Positions 1-10,002 of a stretch of DNA of 64,000 nucleotides are shown piece by piece. The notes under the pieces were generated by a model. It saw only the letters and a list, made by a program, of their open reading frames with translations. It was not told the origin of the DNA and did no database searches. Within the stretch, counting starts at the first letter, position 1. The number at the start of each line of letters is the position of its first letter. The DNA comes from an uncultured Actinomycetes bacterium (GTDB lineage: Bacteria; Actinomycetota; Actinomycetes; S36-B12; UBA5976): contig CAITJH010000044.1 in NCBI GenBank assembly GCA_903892635.1, positions 66,108 to 130,107 on the forward strand. Direction: 5' to 3'. The translations under genes were made by a program, and so were the position numbers.

Positions 1-435
1 ACCGGAAATCGCAACATTACTCTTGGTGGACTTGCCATGGGCATGACACGTAGCCAGATCGAAGAATTGCGTCCATCGATTGTTGAATTTGCAGGTATCG
101 GAGAATTTATCGATATGCCGATGGGAACTTACTCCAGTGGTATGCAGGCACGTTTGCGATTTGCTATCGCTGCTGCTCGTCAGCATGAAATTCTCTTGGT
201 CGACGAAGCACTCAGCACAGGCGATACCGAATTCCGTCGTCGTAGCCAAGCGAAAATTCGTGAAATGGCTTCCCATGCAGGAACAGTATTTCTCGTTGCG
301 CACGGACACAACATGATTCGCGAGGTGTGCACCCGAGCTGTGTGGATGGAAAAAGGTCAGGTCGTACTGCAAGGAAATACTCAAGAGGTACTTGATGCCT
401 ACGAAGCTGATATGGAAGAACAGCCCAAACGTTAA
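1..435 (+). CDS. ABC transporter ATP-binding protein, polysaccharide/teichoic-acid exporter type (5' end outside window)
   Basis: Frame is open from base 1. ABC signature YSSGMQARL, Walker B ILLVDEALS and H-loop VAHG are present. TagH/Wzt-like by context with the GT2 and Ugd genes. Confidence 0.8.
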   Translation, partial: TGNRNITLGGLAMGMTRSQIEELRPSIVEFAGIGEFIDMPMGTYSSGMQARLRFAIAAARQHEILLVDEALSTGDTEFRRRSQAKIREMASHAGTVFLVAHGHNMIREVCTRAVWMEKGQVVLQGNTQEVLDAYEADMEEQPKR

Positions 436-1406
436 CGTTTGGGTCGGCTCACAATAAATCCACAGCCCCACGACCAATGCATGGTCACAAGCACCAACGG
501 TAAATACATCCATCCTCGTCGTGCTGCTCGAATCAGGCTTACTGAAGCAAGCAGTTCAATAGCAAGGTAGCCAACAGGCAAGGCATAGCCCCACGTCCAG
601 CCAGCAAGACCTAAAGCAGTTCCAAGTACTGAACCAATGACCGCCGCAGGTGGAACGAAATAGCGTGCTGCGCCGCGCTTTGATTTTGTTTCAGGATGAC
701 TACGCATGACTTCACGCCGCCACAAGCCATACTCGAAATATTGCCGAGCTAGTTTTCGCAACGTTGGACGCGGGCGATAGGTCACTTCTAGTTCAGGGTT
801 GAACCAGACCACACCATTAGATGCCCGAATGCGGTAATTCATTTCCCAGTCTTGAGCCCGCGTGAAGTGTGGGTCATATCCCCCAACACGCTCGATTGCG
901 CTTCGGCGAAAGACTCCGAGGTACACCGAATCTGCTGGACCTTCGAGCCCGCCGGTGTGAAACGCCGCAGACCCAACTCCCAATGGACTTCTCATTGCCG
1001 CGGCAACAGCTTGCTCAAAGGGAGTAACTCCAACAGCGGCCATGACACCACCAACATTGTCAGCCCCAGTACGTTGCAATGTTTCTACAGCCGCGGTGAT
1101 GTACCCCGCCGATAATTCGCAGTGGGCATCAACACGAACGATGATGTCCTGCGTAGTTGCACCAATAGCCGCATTGAGACCTTCAGGAGTCCGGCCAGTT
1201 GGATTATCGACCACGCGAACGCGAGAATCTGCAGCAGCAATCTCGTCGGCAATCTGACGTGTGCGATCATGCGATGGACCAACAGCGAGAACAATTGAAA
1301 GTGTGCCGGCATATTGTTGATCCACAATGGCTTGAACTGCCGCACGCAAATAGTTCTCTTCGTTGAGAACCGGCATGATTACCGCTACATCTGGCCACTG
1401 CGTCAC
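432..1406 (-). CDS. Family 2 glycosyltransferase with C-terminal membrane helices
   Basis: 324-aa ORF with N-terminal GT-A motif VIMPVLNEE and a VRVDAH acceptor/metal motif. The C-terminus is hydrophobic. Confidence 0.8.
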   Translation of the reverse strand: MTQWPDVAVIMPVLNEENYLRAAVQAIVDQQYAGTLSIVLAVGPSHDRTRQIADEIAAADSRVRVVDNPTGRTPEGLNAAIGATTQDIIVRVDAHCELSAGYITAAVETLQRTGADNVGGVMAAVGVTPFEQAVAAAMRSPLGVGSAAFHTGGLEGPADSVYLGVFRRSAIERVGGYDPHFTRAQDWEMNYRIRASNGVVWFNPELEVTYRPRPTLRKLARQYFEYGLWRREVMRSHPETKSKRGAARYFVPPAAVIGSVLGTALGLAGWTWGYALPVGYLAIELLASVSLIRAARRGWMYLPLVLVTMHWSWGCGFIVSRPKR

Positions 1407-1440
1407 AGTACTAGGTTATTAGGCACGGTATCCTAAGTAC

Positions 1441-2757
1441 GTGGCGCGGCTATCAGTTATCGGTGCAGGTTACCTAGGTGTGACTCATGCAGTATGTATG
1501 GCTCATCTTGGGCATGATGTCATCGTCATCGATACAGATGCCAATCGCATCGAGACGCTCAAAAACGGAGTTGTGCCTTTCCATGAGCCCGAACTCTCTG
1601 AACTTCTAGCTAAGACTCTAGCCAGCGAAAAAATTACTTTTACAACAAGTTGGAACGACGTTGCTGCCAGCGCTGACATACATTTCTTGTGTGTAGGTAC
1701 ACCACAAAAAGCGGGAAGTCATGCTGCTGACCTTTCGCAAGTTGATAACGCCACAACGAGTTTGGCTCAGCACTTATCCGGACCTGCTCTTGTCGTCGGC
1801 AAATCAACAGTCCCAGTAGGTACAGCCGCACGACTCGCTTACGAATTAAAAACGACGTGCGGCGAAGATGTGCATCTGGTCTGGAATCCTGAATTCTTGC
1901 GAGAAGGTTTTGCAGTGCAAGACACCTTGCATCCTGATCGAATCGTTCTTGGTGTTTCACACCAGAGTGACGTTGCAGCACTTGAAGCTGTCTATGCAGC
2001 TACGTTGAGTGATGGAACTCCACTTCTAGTTACCGACTACGCCACTGCGGAACTCGTCAAGGTTGCTGCCAACGCGTTCCTTGCAACAAAGATTTCATTC
2101 ATTAACGCTTTTGCTGATCTCGCCGACGCTACAGGCGCCGACGTCACACAATTAGCCGATGCAATTGGACATGACACCCGAATTGGTCGACGTTTTCTCA
2201 ATGCTGGTGTTGGTTTTGGCGGAGGCTGCTTACCAAAAGACATTCGAGCACTTCAAGCTCGCGCGACTGAACTTGGACTTGCAGAAAAATTTGCTTTCTT
2301 GACTGCTGTAGATGACATCAACAAGAGTCGCAAGCACACCGTAGTTGAACGGGTTCTTGAATCATTAGATGGCGATCTGAATCATAAAGTGATCTCTGTG
2401 CTTGGCGCGGCGTTTAAGCCCGATAGTGACGACATTCGCGATTCGCCGGCATTGCATGTTGCCGAGATGCTTGCCGAAGGCGGAGCAAAAGTTCGTATTC
2501 ATGACCCCGAAGCATCAAAGATTCTCAAAACTCGCGAGACCGCGTTCGCTGTGTGCGACACGATTGATGAAGTCCTCGCCAATGCCGATGTGGTTGTTCA
2601 CTTAACCGAGTGGGCTGTCTACCGAGAAATTGATCCTGCTCATGCAGCATCACTAGTCAATAACCCGATCATGATTGATGGCCGTAATGTTCTCGACAAG
2701 ACGCGGTGGACCAACGCTGGTTGGACAATTAGTTACTTGGGGAAACCAGGTTCTTAA
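1441..2757 (+). CDS. ugd: UDP-glucose 6-dehydrogenase family enzyme
   Basis: GTG start. Rossmann motif IGAGYLG and catalytic Cys motif [10 protein letters not shown]. Length of 438 aa is typical. Confidence 0.85.
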   Translation: MARLSVIGAGYLGVTHAVCMAHLGHDVIVIDTDANRIETLKNGVVPFHEPELSELLAKTLASEKITFTTSWNDVAASADIHFLCVGTPQKAGSHAADLSQVDNATTSLAQHLSGPALVVGKSTVPVGTAARLAYELKTTCGEDVHLVWNPEFLREGFAVQDTLHPDRIVLGVSHQSDVAALEAVYAATLSDGTPLLVTDYATAELVKVAANAFLATKISFINAFADLADATGADVTQLADAIGHDTRIGRRFLNAGVGFGGGCLPKDIRALQARATELGLAEKFAFLTAVDDINKSRKHTVVERVLESLDGDLNHKVISVLGAAFKPDSDDIRDSPALHVAEMLAEGGAKVRIHDPEASKILKTRETAFAVCDTIDEVLANADVVVHLTEWAVYREIDPAHAASLVNNPIMIDGRNVLDKTRWTNAGWTISYLGKPGS

Positions 2758-3256
2758 TTCGGTCCACTAACGCATCGCCTTTATCAACGGCGACTTGGCG
2801 AAGATCCACATTGAACTTTTCAAGCTTGTCGCGTAAGTCAGAATTTCCTTCAGCGGCTGCAATTATCCGAGCAGCTAAAAGGCCTGCGTTACGCGAATTA
2901 CCAATTCCCACAGTTGCCACAGGCACACCTGCAGGCATTTGTACTATCGACAACAGAGAATCAAGTCCCTCGAGGTGCTTCAGTGGAACAGGAACTCCGA
3001 TTACAGGAAGAACAGTCAGCGAAGCAACCATCCCTGGAAGGTGCGCCGCGCCACCTGCACCGGCAATAATCACCTGCATGCCACTGGCAGCAGCACTCTT
3101 GGCATAAGCGACCATGTCTTCGGGCATGCGGTGTGCCGAAACAACTTTCGCTTCATAACTAATGCCGAATTCATCCAGTGCAATACCAGCGGCCGCCATT
3201 GTGTCCCAGTCAGAATCACTTCCCATAATGATTCCTACTTGTGGCTTTTCACTCAT
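2729..3256 (-). CDS. purE: N5-carboxyaminoimidazole ribonucleotide mutase
   Basis: Motifs [11 protein letters not shown] and [13 protein letters not shown] place the start at the internal ATG (MSEKPQ), which overlaps the purK stop by 8 nt. The ORF track's longer start at 3295 is less likely. Confidence 0.9.
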   Translation of the reverse strand: MSEKPQVGIIMGSDSDWDTMAAAGIALDEFGISYEAKVVSAHRMPEDMVAYAKSAAASGMQVIIAGAGGAAHLPGMVASLTVLPVIGVPVPLKHLEGLDSLLSIVQMPAGVPVATVGIGNSRNAGLLAARIIAAAEGNSDLRDKLEKFNVDLRQVAVDKGDALVDRIKNLVSPSN

Positions 3257-4394
3257 CAATGACTCCCGTGAGGTAGTTAGCTGCGTGCCAGGCACGTTCT
3301 TTCAAATCGTCAATGTTCGATCCAATGAGATTCACATGCCCAATCTTGCGACCTGGGCGGACGTCTTTGCCGTAAAGGTGAACCTTAATTTGTGGGTCTC
3401 GCGCCATCACATGACGGAATGCTAAATGAAGATCGCCAAGATCGCCGCCCAACAAGTTCACCATGATCGACAGTGGTGCCTTTGCTGCCGGTGATCCCAA
3501 TGGCCAATCAGCAATCGCGCGAAGGTGATTTTCAAATTGACTTGTCACTGCACCGTCCATGGACCAATGGCCAGAATTGTGGGGACGCATGGCTAACTCA
3601 TTCACAACAATGCGCTCGCCAGTATCAAAAAGTTCCACTGCTAACATTCCTGTTACATCTAGCGCAGCAGCGATCTTGATGGCAATTTCTTGTGCGGAAG
3701 TTGCTCGCTCATCCGACAAATTTGGTGCCGGAGAAATAACTTCATGACAAATGCCATTGGTTTGGAGTGACTGGACTACAGGGTAGGCAACGCACTGTCC
3801 TTGCGGACTACGTGCAACCTGCGCAGCAAGCTCTCGAGTAAATGGCACGAGCTCTTCCGCCAGTACTCGGGTATTGCTCGCCACAATTTCTTTGATAACC
3901 CGCAACGCCTCGTCGCGGTCATCGACTACCCATACACCTTTGCCGTCATAACCGCCGCGAGCCGTCTTTAATACGAGTGGGTATCCAACAATTGCAGAAA
4001 ATCGATCTAGGTCGGCATCGCTTGTGATTTCAGCCCACTCAGGACATGGAATCCCTGCTTGCGACAATTTTGCGCGCATGTCGAGTTTGTCTTGCGCATA
4101 TTGCAAAGCATGCGGTCCAGGTCGAACTTGCACACCCATTTCTTGAAGTTCGACCAGATATTCAGTAGGAACGTGTTCGTGATCAAAGGTGACAATGTCA
4201 CATTCAGCAGCAAATGCCTTGAGTGCGGCTAAATCATCGTGAGCGCCAAGCACAGTGTCTGGGATGACTTGCGCAGCCGAATCAGTTGGGCTTTGTGCCA
4301 AAACTCGCAGGTGAATACCGAGGTTGATTGCGGCAGGTTGCATCATTCGGGCAAGTTGTCCCCCGCCGATAACGCCAATTCGTGGTGCAGTCAC
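3249..4394 (-). CDS. purK: N5-carboxyaminoimidazole ribonucleotide synthase (ATP-grasp)
   Basis: N-terminal [12 protein letters not shown] and ATP-grasp motif [18 protein letters not shown]. It lies directly upstream of purE. Confidence 0.9.
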   Translation of the reverse strand: MTAPRIGVIGGGQLARMMQPAAINLGIHLRVLAQSPTDSAAQVIPDTVLGAHDDLAALKAFAAECDIVTFDHEHVPTEYLVELQEMGVQVRPGPHALQYAQDKLDMRAKLSQAGIPCPEWAEITSDADLDRFSAIVGYPLVLKTARGGYDGKGVWVVDDRDEALRVIKEIVASNTRVLAEELVPFTRELAAQVARSPQGQCVAYPVVQSLQTNGICHEVISPAPNLSDERATSAQEIAIKIAAALDVTGMLAVELFDTGERIVVNELAMRPHNSGHWSMDGAVTSQFENHLRAIADWPLGSPAAKAPLSIMVNLLGGDLGDLHLAFRHVMARDPQIKVHLYGKDVRPGRKIGHVNLIGSNIDDLKERAWHAANYLTGVIDE

Positions 4395-4426
4395 TCACTA
4401 AGCCTATTGGACGTCGCCAAGGCATA

Positions 4427-4475
4427 AAACAAGAGCGCGCCATCCCTCACGACGAGGAACAGCGCGCTCTTTTTG
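4427..4475 (-). terminator. Intrinsic terminator downstream of ahcY
   Basis: GC-rich stem AAGAGCGCGC ... GCGCGCTCTT, flanked by A/T runs on both sides. It sits 12 nt after the ahcY stop. Confidence 0.55.
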
Positions 4476-4486
4476 ACGCTTGGTGT

Positions 4487-5932
4487 TTAGTAGCGGTAAT
4501 GATCTGGCTTGAATGGACCTTCGTGTGAGACACCAAGGTAATCAGCCTGCACCTTTGTTAGTTCTGTGAGCTTTACACCGAGGGCATCAAGGTGCAGACG
4601 AGCAACCTTTTCGTCCAAGTACTTCGGAAGAATGTGCACGCCGATTTCATACTCGTCGCGCTTGGCGAATAGCTCGATTTGGGCAAGCACTTGGTTGGTG
4701 AACGAGTTACTCATCACGAATGATGGGTGACCTGTGGCGTTACCAAGGTTGAGCAAACGGCCTTCGGAAAGAACGATGATGCTGTGGCCATCTGGGAAGA
4801 GCCACTCGTCAACCTGTGGCTTGATGTTGCGGCGCTGAACTCCTGGGAAATTCTGCAAGCCTGCAATATCAATTTCATTATCAAAGTGACCGATGTTGCC
4901 AACAATTGCTTGGTGCTTCATCTTTGCCATATCTTCGACCGTGATGACGTCGCGGTTGCCAGTTGCTGTGATGAAGATATCTGCCTTTTCAACGACATCT
5001 TCGAGTGTCAATACTTCGTAGCCATCCATCGCTGCCTGCAGCGCGCAGATTGGATCGATTTCAGTAATAACAACGCGTGCACCTTGGCCACGAAGTGATT
5101 CAGCTGAACCCTTGCCGACATCACCGTAGCCAAACACAACAGCAAGCTTGCCTCCAATCAATGTGTCGGTCGCACGATTGATTCCGTCGATCAGGCTGTG
5201 GCGAGTGCCGTACTTGTTATCAAACTTGCTCTTGGTAACTGAATCATTAACGTTGATGGCTGGGAACTTGAGTTCGCCTGCTTTAAACATTTCGTACAAA
5301 CGATGAACACCAGTCGTAGTTTCTTCGGTAACACCGAGAATGCCATCGCCAATTGTGGTCCAGCGCTTTGGATCTTCTTTAAGTGACTTCTGAAGAAGCG
5401 ACAAGACAACACCAAATTCTTCTGAGTCAGCACCAGCTGGATCTGGAACAAAGCCAGCAGCTTCGTATTCAGCGCCCTTGTGAACCAACATGGTTGCGTC
5501 GCCACCATCGTCGAGGATCATGTTCGGTCCTACTTCACCTGGCCACATCAGAGCCTGCTCGGTGCACCACCAGTACTCTTCGAGGGTTTCACCCTTCCAT
5601 GCGTAAACAGGAACACCGGTAGGAGCATCAACAGTTCCATTTGAACCGACAACAACTGCGGCGGCGGCATGATCTTGCGTCGAGAAAATATTGCACGATA
5701 CCCATCGAACATCGGCGCCGAGTTCAACGAGTGTTTCAATCAGAACAGCGGTCTGGATTGTCATGTGAAGTGAACCCATGATGCGAGCACCCTTGAGTGG
5801 CTTGCTCTGACCGTACTCAGCACGCATAGCCATCAAACCTGGCATTTCGTGTTCAGCTAGGCGGATTTCATTACGGCCAAATTCGGCAAGTGAAAGGTCT
5901 GCGACTTTGTAGTCGTTTGGCGAAAGCGTCAT
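4487..5932 (-). CDS. ahcY: Adenosylhomocysteinase
   Basis: Start chosen at [13 protein letters not shown] with a GAGGAG Shine-Dalgarno (SD) sequence 8 nt upstream. NAD motif GYGDVGKG and C-terminal KPDHYRY are present. The ORF-track extension to 6034 is probably not translated. Confidence 0.92.
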   Translation of the reverse strand: MTLSPNDYKVADLSLAEFGRNEIRLAEHEMPGLMAMRAEYGQSKPLKGARIMGSLHMTIQTAVLIETLVELGADVRWVSCNIFSTQDHAAAAVVVGSNGTVDAPTGVPVYAWKGETLEEYWWCTEQALMWPGEVGPNMILDDGGDATMLVHKGAEYEAAGFVPDPAGADSEEFGVVLSLLQKSLKEDPKRWTTIGDGILGVTEETTTGVHRLYEMFKAGELKFPAINVNDSVTKSKFDNKYGTRHSLIDGINRATDTLIGGKLAVVFGYGDVGKGSAESLRGQGARVVITEIDPICALQAAMDGYEVLTLEDVVEKADIFITATGNRDVITVEDMAKMKHQAIVGNIGHFDNEIDIAGLQNFPGVQRRNIKPQVDEWLFPDGHSIIVLSEGRLLNLGNATGHPSFVMSNSFTNQVLAQIELFAKRDEYEIGVHILPKYLDEKVARLHLDALGVKLTELTKVQADYLGVSHEGPFKPDHYRY

Positions 5933-6054
5933 TGATGAGGCTCCTCGTGAGAAAAATGGATACAAGTTTCTTGCACGCGATTCACGAGGCTTCGTTGTGT
6001 ACGGCACCTCTATTGTGCCACAGGCTGGTAGCAATCACTTCAGCGGAGTGACTA

Positions 6055-7053
6055 CTAGTGAACTATTCGCGGTTCAATTTCCAGATCAATTCCAAAAGCA
6101 GATTTCACGCCTTGGCAAATGTGATCAGCCAATTCGAGTATGTCTTTACTCGAGGCACCGCCTCGATTCGTCACCGCAAGCGTGTGCTTATTCGACAAGC
6201 GAGCACGTTCGTTCAGACCGAAACCTTTGGCAAAACCGGCGTTTTCGATGAGCCACGCAGCGCTGACTTTTACGCTTCCATCTGGCTGTGGCCAAGAAGG
6301 TGCGCCATTTGGCGCCGAAATAACGCGTGGGTTTAAAAAGAATGAGCCAACGCTCCACGTGTCATGGTCGCTTTCATCTACGACCATCCCTTTTCCACTG
6401 CGTAATCCCAACACAGCGTGACGGACATCGGACATAGGTACGCGTTGACCATGCTCGACGTGCACTGTGGCAGCAAGTTCATCAAAGTTGATGGGTGCCG
6501 ACAAGGTGCCAAGTGGAAATTGGAATACAACACTCAGAATGACCCAGCGTTGTGGGTGTTCCTTAAAAATTGAATGTCGATACGAGAACTCGCAACTACT
6601 CGCAAACAAAGTGTCGATCGAGTTTGTTTCCCTATTCCACGCACGGACTTGCGCAATGGTGTCACTCACCTGCTGACCGTATGCTCCAACATTTTGAAGC
6701 GGCGTAGCTCCAACTGTTCCTGGAATTCCAGACAATCCCTCAATGCCCGCCCAGCCATTAAGCACTGCCGTGTTCACTAAATCATCAAGTGAATGTCCGG
6801 CCTGAACCGTTACCCACGCACCCGAACAGACAGATGAGTCATTCTCGATTCCCGTTGAAGTTATCCGCAGCACATCACCAGCGAAGTCGTCAGAGATGAT
6901 GACATTGCTACCACCGCCGAGTATGAGCAACTCTCGACCATCGGCATCAGCTGCGCGAACCGCTTCAATAATCTGGGTCTCTGAACTTGCTTCAATAAAC
7001 GACCGTGGCTCACCGCCAATGTGCAAGGTCGTGAAATCTGCGAGCCGTGTCAT
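6055..7053 (-). CDS. murB: UDP-N-acetylenolpyruvoylglucosamine reductase
   Basis: 332-aa ORF with FAD-binding motif LILGGGSN and a MurB C-terminal domain (SAAWLIE..G, GGASS). Confidence 0.88.
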   Translation of the reverse strand: MTRLADFTTLHIGGEPRSFIEASSETQIIEAVRAADADGRELLILGGGSNVIISDDFAGDVLRITSTGIENDSSVCSGAWVTVQAGHSLDDLVNTAVLNGWAGIEGLSGIPGTVGATPLQNVGAYGQQVSDTIAQVRAWNRETNSIDTLFASSCEFSYRHSIFKEHPQRWVILSVVFQFPLGTLSAPINFDELAATVHVEHGQRVPMSDVRHAVLGLRSGKGMVVDESDHDTWSVGSFFLNPRVISAPNGAPSWPQPDGSVKVSAAWLIENAGFAKGFGLNERARLSNKHTLAVTNRGGASSKDILELADHICQGVKSAFGIDLEIEPRIVH

Positions 7054-7066
7054 ACGACAAAACTAC

Positions 7067-7492
7067 CTAAGCCAGACGAACAGTGGCGCGCGCTTGACCA
7101 AGAACTGTTTGACCATCAAAAGTGGCGGTGAGGTCAACGCGAATTGTCCCGTCGTCATTGATGGCAGCGACCTTGCCGGCAAATTCAACGTCAACTCCGG
7201 AGCCAGCCGGCACAACAACTGGGCGCGTCATGCGAACCGAATAATCAACAACGGCCGTGGGGTCAGCAACCCAATCAGTAACAACCTTGATGGCCCGACC
7301 CATTGTGAGCATGCCGTGTGCAATCACGTCAGGTAATCCAACAGACTTTGCGAATTCTTCTTCGCGATGAATTGGGTTCATGTCCCCTGATGCATGTGCA
7401 TAGCGAACCAAATCATCACGTGTAAAAGTCATGATCAGTGCTGGCAATTCATCGCCCACAGTTACAGCTGACAAAGGAATCCGAGAAGCCAT
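7067..7492 (-). CDS. MaoC-like (R)-hydratase/dehydratase, HadB-like subunit
   Basis: Hot-dog fold hydratase motif SGDMNPIHREEEFA. Paired with the upstream MaoC N-terminal-type gene and with rpmG, as in mycobacterial rpmG-hadAB synteny. Confidence 0.75.
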   Translation of the reverse strand: MASRIPLSAVTVGDELPALIMTFTRDDLVRYAHASGDMNPIHREEEFAKSVGLPDVIAHGMLTMGRAIKVVTDWVADPTAVVDYSVRMTRPVVVPAGSGVDVEFAGKVAAINDDGTIRVDLTATFDGQTVLGQARATVRLA

Positions 7493-7935
7493 TACTCATC
7501 ACCCCGAACTACAAGCTTTGACCAGCCAGTCACGACAAGTTCGCCATGAGCCATCACTTCGGTACGAAACGTAGCAATGTCGTTATTTCCTAGAGCACGA
7601 ATATCTTCGACGACTGTAATAACTACAAGTGGGTCACCAACGGCAATCGGACGAACGTACTCGAATCTTTGATCACTGTGAACTACGCGAGTGAAATCCA
7701 TATTGAGCGCAGGATCATTGAACGACTTTTCCATTGCAGCCATAGTGACGACGATCGGAAAAGTTGGAGGAGCACAAACAGTCGCGTGCCCAAAGGACTG
7801 CGCGACTGTTTGGTCAAAGTAAATAGGGTTGTCATCGCCGATAGCTAAGGCAAAGTCCCTAATAATTTCTTCGGTAACTACTAACGCGTCAGATGCCGGG
7901 TATTGATGCCCGATCATCTCGCGGTTCATACCCAC
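7492..7935 (-). CDS. MaoC N-terminal-type dehydratase subunit, HadA-like
   Basis: 147-aa hot-dog protein. Its stop overlaps the start of the HadB-like gene. Confidence 0.7.
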   Translation of the reverse strand: MGMNREMIGHQYPASDALVVTEEIIRDFALAIGDDNPIYFDQTVAQSFGHATVCAPPTFPIVVTMAAMEKSFNDPALNMDFTRVVHSDQRFEYVRPIAVGDPLVVITVVEDIRALGNNDIATFRTEVMAHGELVVTGWSKLVVRGDE

Positions 7936-7954
7936 AAGAATCTCGACGAGTTAA

Positions 7955-8119
7955 CTAGCGAGTTTCTTTGTGCACTGTGTGCTTGTTGCACTTTGGGCAG
8001 TGCTTCTTGATCTCGAGGCGGTCTGGATCGTTACGACGATTCTTACGCGAGATGTAGTTGCGATCTTTGCAGTCTTCGCATGCCAAAGTGATCTTTGGAC
8101 GGACGTCGTTGCGAGCCAT
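7955..8119 (-). CDS. rpmG: 50S ribosomal protein L33
   Basis: Not in the ORF track (54 aa). My own translation is [54 protein letters not shown], with CxxC...CxxC zinc knuckles. Confidence 0.9.
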   Translation of the reverse strand: MARNDVRPKITLACEDCKDRNYISRKNRRNDPDRLEIKKHCPKCNKHTVHKETR

Positions 8120-8172
8120 GTGCTTGCCTTTCGTTAGATAACTACGCGTTCACGTAACTATTTGTCTTACGG

Positions 8173-8246
8173 TACCGAGGGCCGGACTTGAACCGGCGAC
8201 ACAGCGATTATGAGCCGCTTGCTCTACCAAGCTGAGCTACCCCGGC
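8173..8246 (-). tRNA. tRNA-Met (anticodon CAT; elongator type, lysidine-Ile2 not excluded)
   Basis: Reverse complement is GCCGGGGTAGCTCAGCTTGGTAGAGCAAGCGGCTCATAATCGCTGTGTCGCCGGTTCAAGTCCGGCCCTCGGTA. Cloverleaf and T-loop GGTTCAAGTCC are present. Confidence 0.85.
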
Positions 8247-8275
8247 TTAAGTTCCGTGATTTCTCACGGCTCTCG

Positions 8276-8347
8276 AGCCCCCTGTCAGAATCGAACTGAC
8301 GACCTCTTCCTTACCAAGGAAGTGCGCTACCACTGTGCCAAGGGGGC
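8276..8347 (-). tRNA. tRNA-Thr (anticodon GGT)
   Basis: Reverse complement is GCCCCCTTGGCACAGTGGTAGCGCACTTCCTTGGTAAGGAAGAGGTCGTCAGTTCGATTCTGACAGGGGGCT. The anticodon loop is TTGGTAA. Confidence 0.85.
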
Positions 8348-8543
8348 ATTGAACTGATGCACAAAATACATAGTTCGGCTGAGATAGCGTACCGAATATT
8401 GGGCTTTTCCGTGAAATCGGCAGGTGCTGACGCTGACTCGAACCCTATTAAATCGGCAGTTCTGGCCCAGGCAATTCGCTCGCGGCTTTACTCGAGGAAT
8501 TCCTGCCAGCGCCAAGAACACTAGTTACGGCTACCGTTATTCC

Positions 8544-9944
8544 ATGTCCCGAATTCTGTGGTTTCGCCGCGATCTGCGAATTCACGACAATCCTGCCCTT
8601 GTTGCTGCCACTGAAGGCGCATTTGCTGATGGTGATGGAGTCGTCATCCCTGTCGTGCTCATAGATCCGGCACTCTGGCCAACATGGGGCGCGGCTAAAC
8701 AGGCTTACCTCATTGATTCCCTCAAGGCACTCGATGAGTCTTTAGGTGGCAACCTGCTGATCCAGCACGGCAAAGCTCAAGATGTCATTCCTGCTCTGGC
8801 CAAGGAATTCGACGCGAGCGGTGTTCACTTCGCTGCCGATTACTCCGAATATGGCATTGCTCGTGATGAACACATTCGCAAGTCCCTGGCTGCGCAGCAA
8901 GTCGAATGTCGCGTCACTGGTTCGGGATACGCAGTTGCGCCCGGTCGCGTAACAAAAGATGACGGCACCTACTACAAGGTCTACACACCGTTTTACAAAA
9001 TGTGGATGAAGCATGGTTGGCGTCAACCTGCCGAGCATCCACAGCAGTGGCCAACATGGGCACAACCGACAACGTGCCATGGCTATCCCGAACGACCTGA
9101 CACGGGATCGATTCATATTCCACCCGCAGGCGAGAGGGCCGCGCTTGAAAGATTTGAGTGGTTTCTTGAGAACGCTGTTGATGACTACCGTGACAATCGC
9201 AACATTCCATCGATTGATGGCACGTCTCGACTGAGCATTGCATTGAAGTGGGGCGAGATTCATCCGCGCACATTACTTGCACGACTGAATGATTCACCAG
9301 GGCACGAAACATTCCGTAAGGAAATTGCATGGCGCGAGTTCTACGCCGACATTGCATTCAATCGGCAAGACACTATCGAGGGTTACTTCAATCCGCTCTA
9401 TACCAAGATGCGCTACGACACCGGCCCTGACGCTGATGCCAAATTCGAAGCATGGTGTGAAGGACGAACTGGATTCCCGTTTGTCGATGCGGGCATGCGT
9501 CAACTTAAAACTGAAGGCTGGATGCATAATCGAGTCCGCATGGTTGTTGCATCATTCTTAATCAAGGACCTTCATCTCGAGTGGACGCGAGGCGCACGAT
9601 ACTTCTTCGACATGTTGCTCGATGGAGACCTCGCTAGTAATAGTCACGGCTGGCAGTGGACAGCGGGTTGCGGAACGGATGCGTCTCCGTATTACCGAGT
9701 GTTCAATCCGATTGGTCAGGGAGAAAAGTTTGATGCAAACGGCGATTTCATTCGTCGATACATTCCAGAGCTGCGCCATCTTGGAGCAAAAGAAATTCAT
9801 CAACCGTGGACCGTATTGGGTGGCCTTGATCATGGGTATCCAGCACCAATCGTGGATCACGCCATTGAACGTCAAGAAGCTTTAGCCCGATTGGCCGAAC
9901 TTCCAAAGGGTGCACAAAAACCTCCTTTCCCCGAACCGGCTTAA
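8544..9944 (+). CDS. phr: Deoxyribodipyrimidine photolyase / cryptochrome family protein
   Basis: Start at MSRILWFRRDLRIHDNPAL. FAD-binding C-terminal motifs are WREFY, GWMHNRVRM and DGDLASNSHGWQW. Confidence 0.85.
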   Translation: MSRILWFRRDLRIHDNPALVAATEGAFADGDGVVIPVVLIDPALWPTWGAAKQAYLIDSLKALDESLGGNLLIQHGKAQDVIPALAKEFDASGVHFAADYSEYGIARDEHIRKSLAAQQVECRVTGSGYAVAPGRVTKDDGTYYKVYTPFYKMWMKHGWRQPAEHPQQWPTWAQPTTCHGYPERPDTGSIHIPPAGERAALERFEWFLENAVDDYRDNRNIPSIDGTSRLSIALKWGEIHPRTLLARLNDSPGHETFRKEIAWREFYADIAFNRQDTIEGYFNPLYTKMRYDTGPDADAKFEAWCEGRTGFPFVDAGMRQLKTEGWMHNRVRMVVASFLIKDLHLEWTRGARYFFDMLLDGDLASNSHGWQWTAGCGTDASPYYRVFNPIGQGEKFDANGDFIRRYIPELRHLGAKEIHQPWTVLGGLDHGYPAPIVDHAIERQEALARLAELPKGAQKPPFPEPA

Positions 9945-10002
9945 TCTCGCTCGTTTCGTTTCGGTTTCGGCGTGAACGGACGTTGTTGAGTACCGTAAAG
10001 AC

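Noticed and set aside
5933-6034. N-terminal extension of ahcY (ORF-track start 6034) and a possible SAH riboswitch
   Set aside because: The extension has no homology-like features, while the internal ATG at 5932 has a strong GAGGAG SD. The leader lacks the conserved SAH-riboswitch core sequences.
8327-8521. 64-aa minus-strand ORF
   Set aside because: It overlaps the tRNA-Thr(GGT) gene and the photolyase promoter region, and shows no coding features.
9950-9975. Short tandem GTTTCG/GTTTCGG repeats downstream of the photolyase gene
   Set aside because: There are only three imperfect units with no hairpin or known motif. This is probably chance low complexity.
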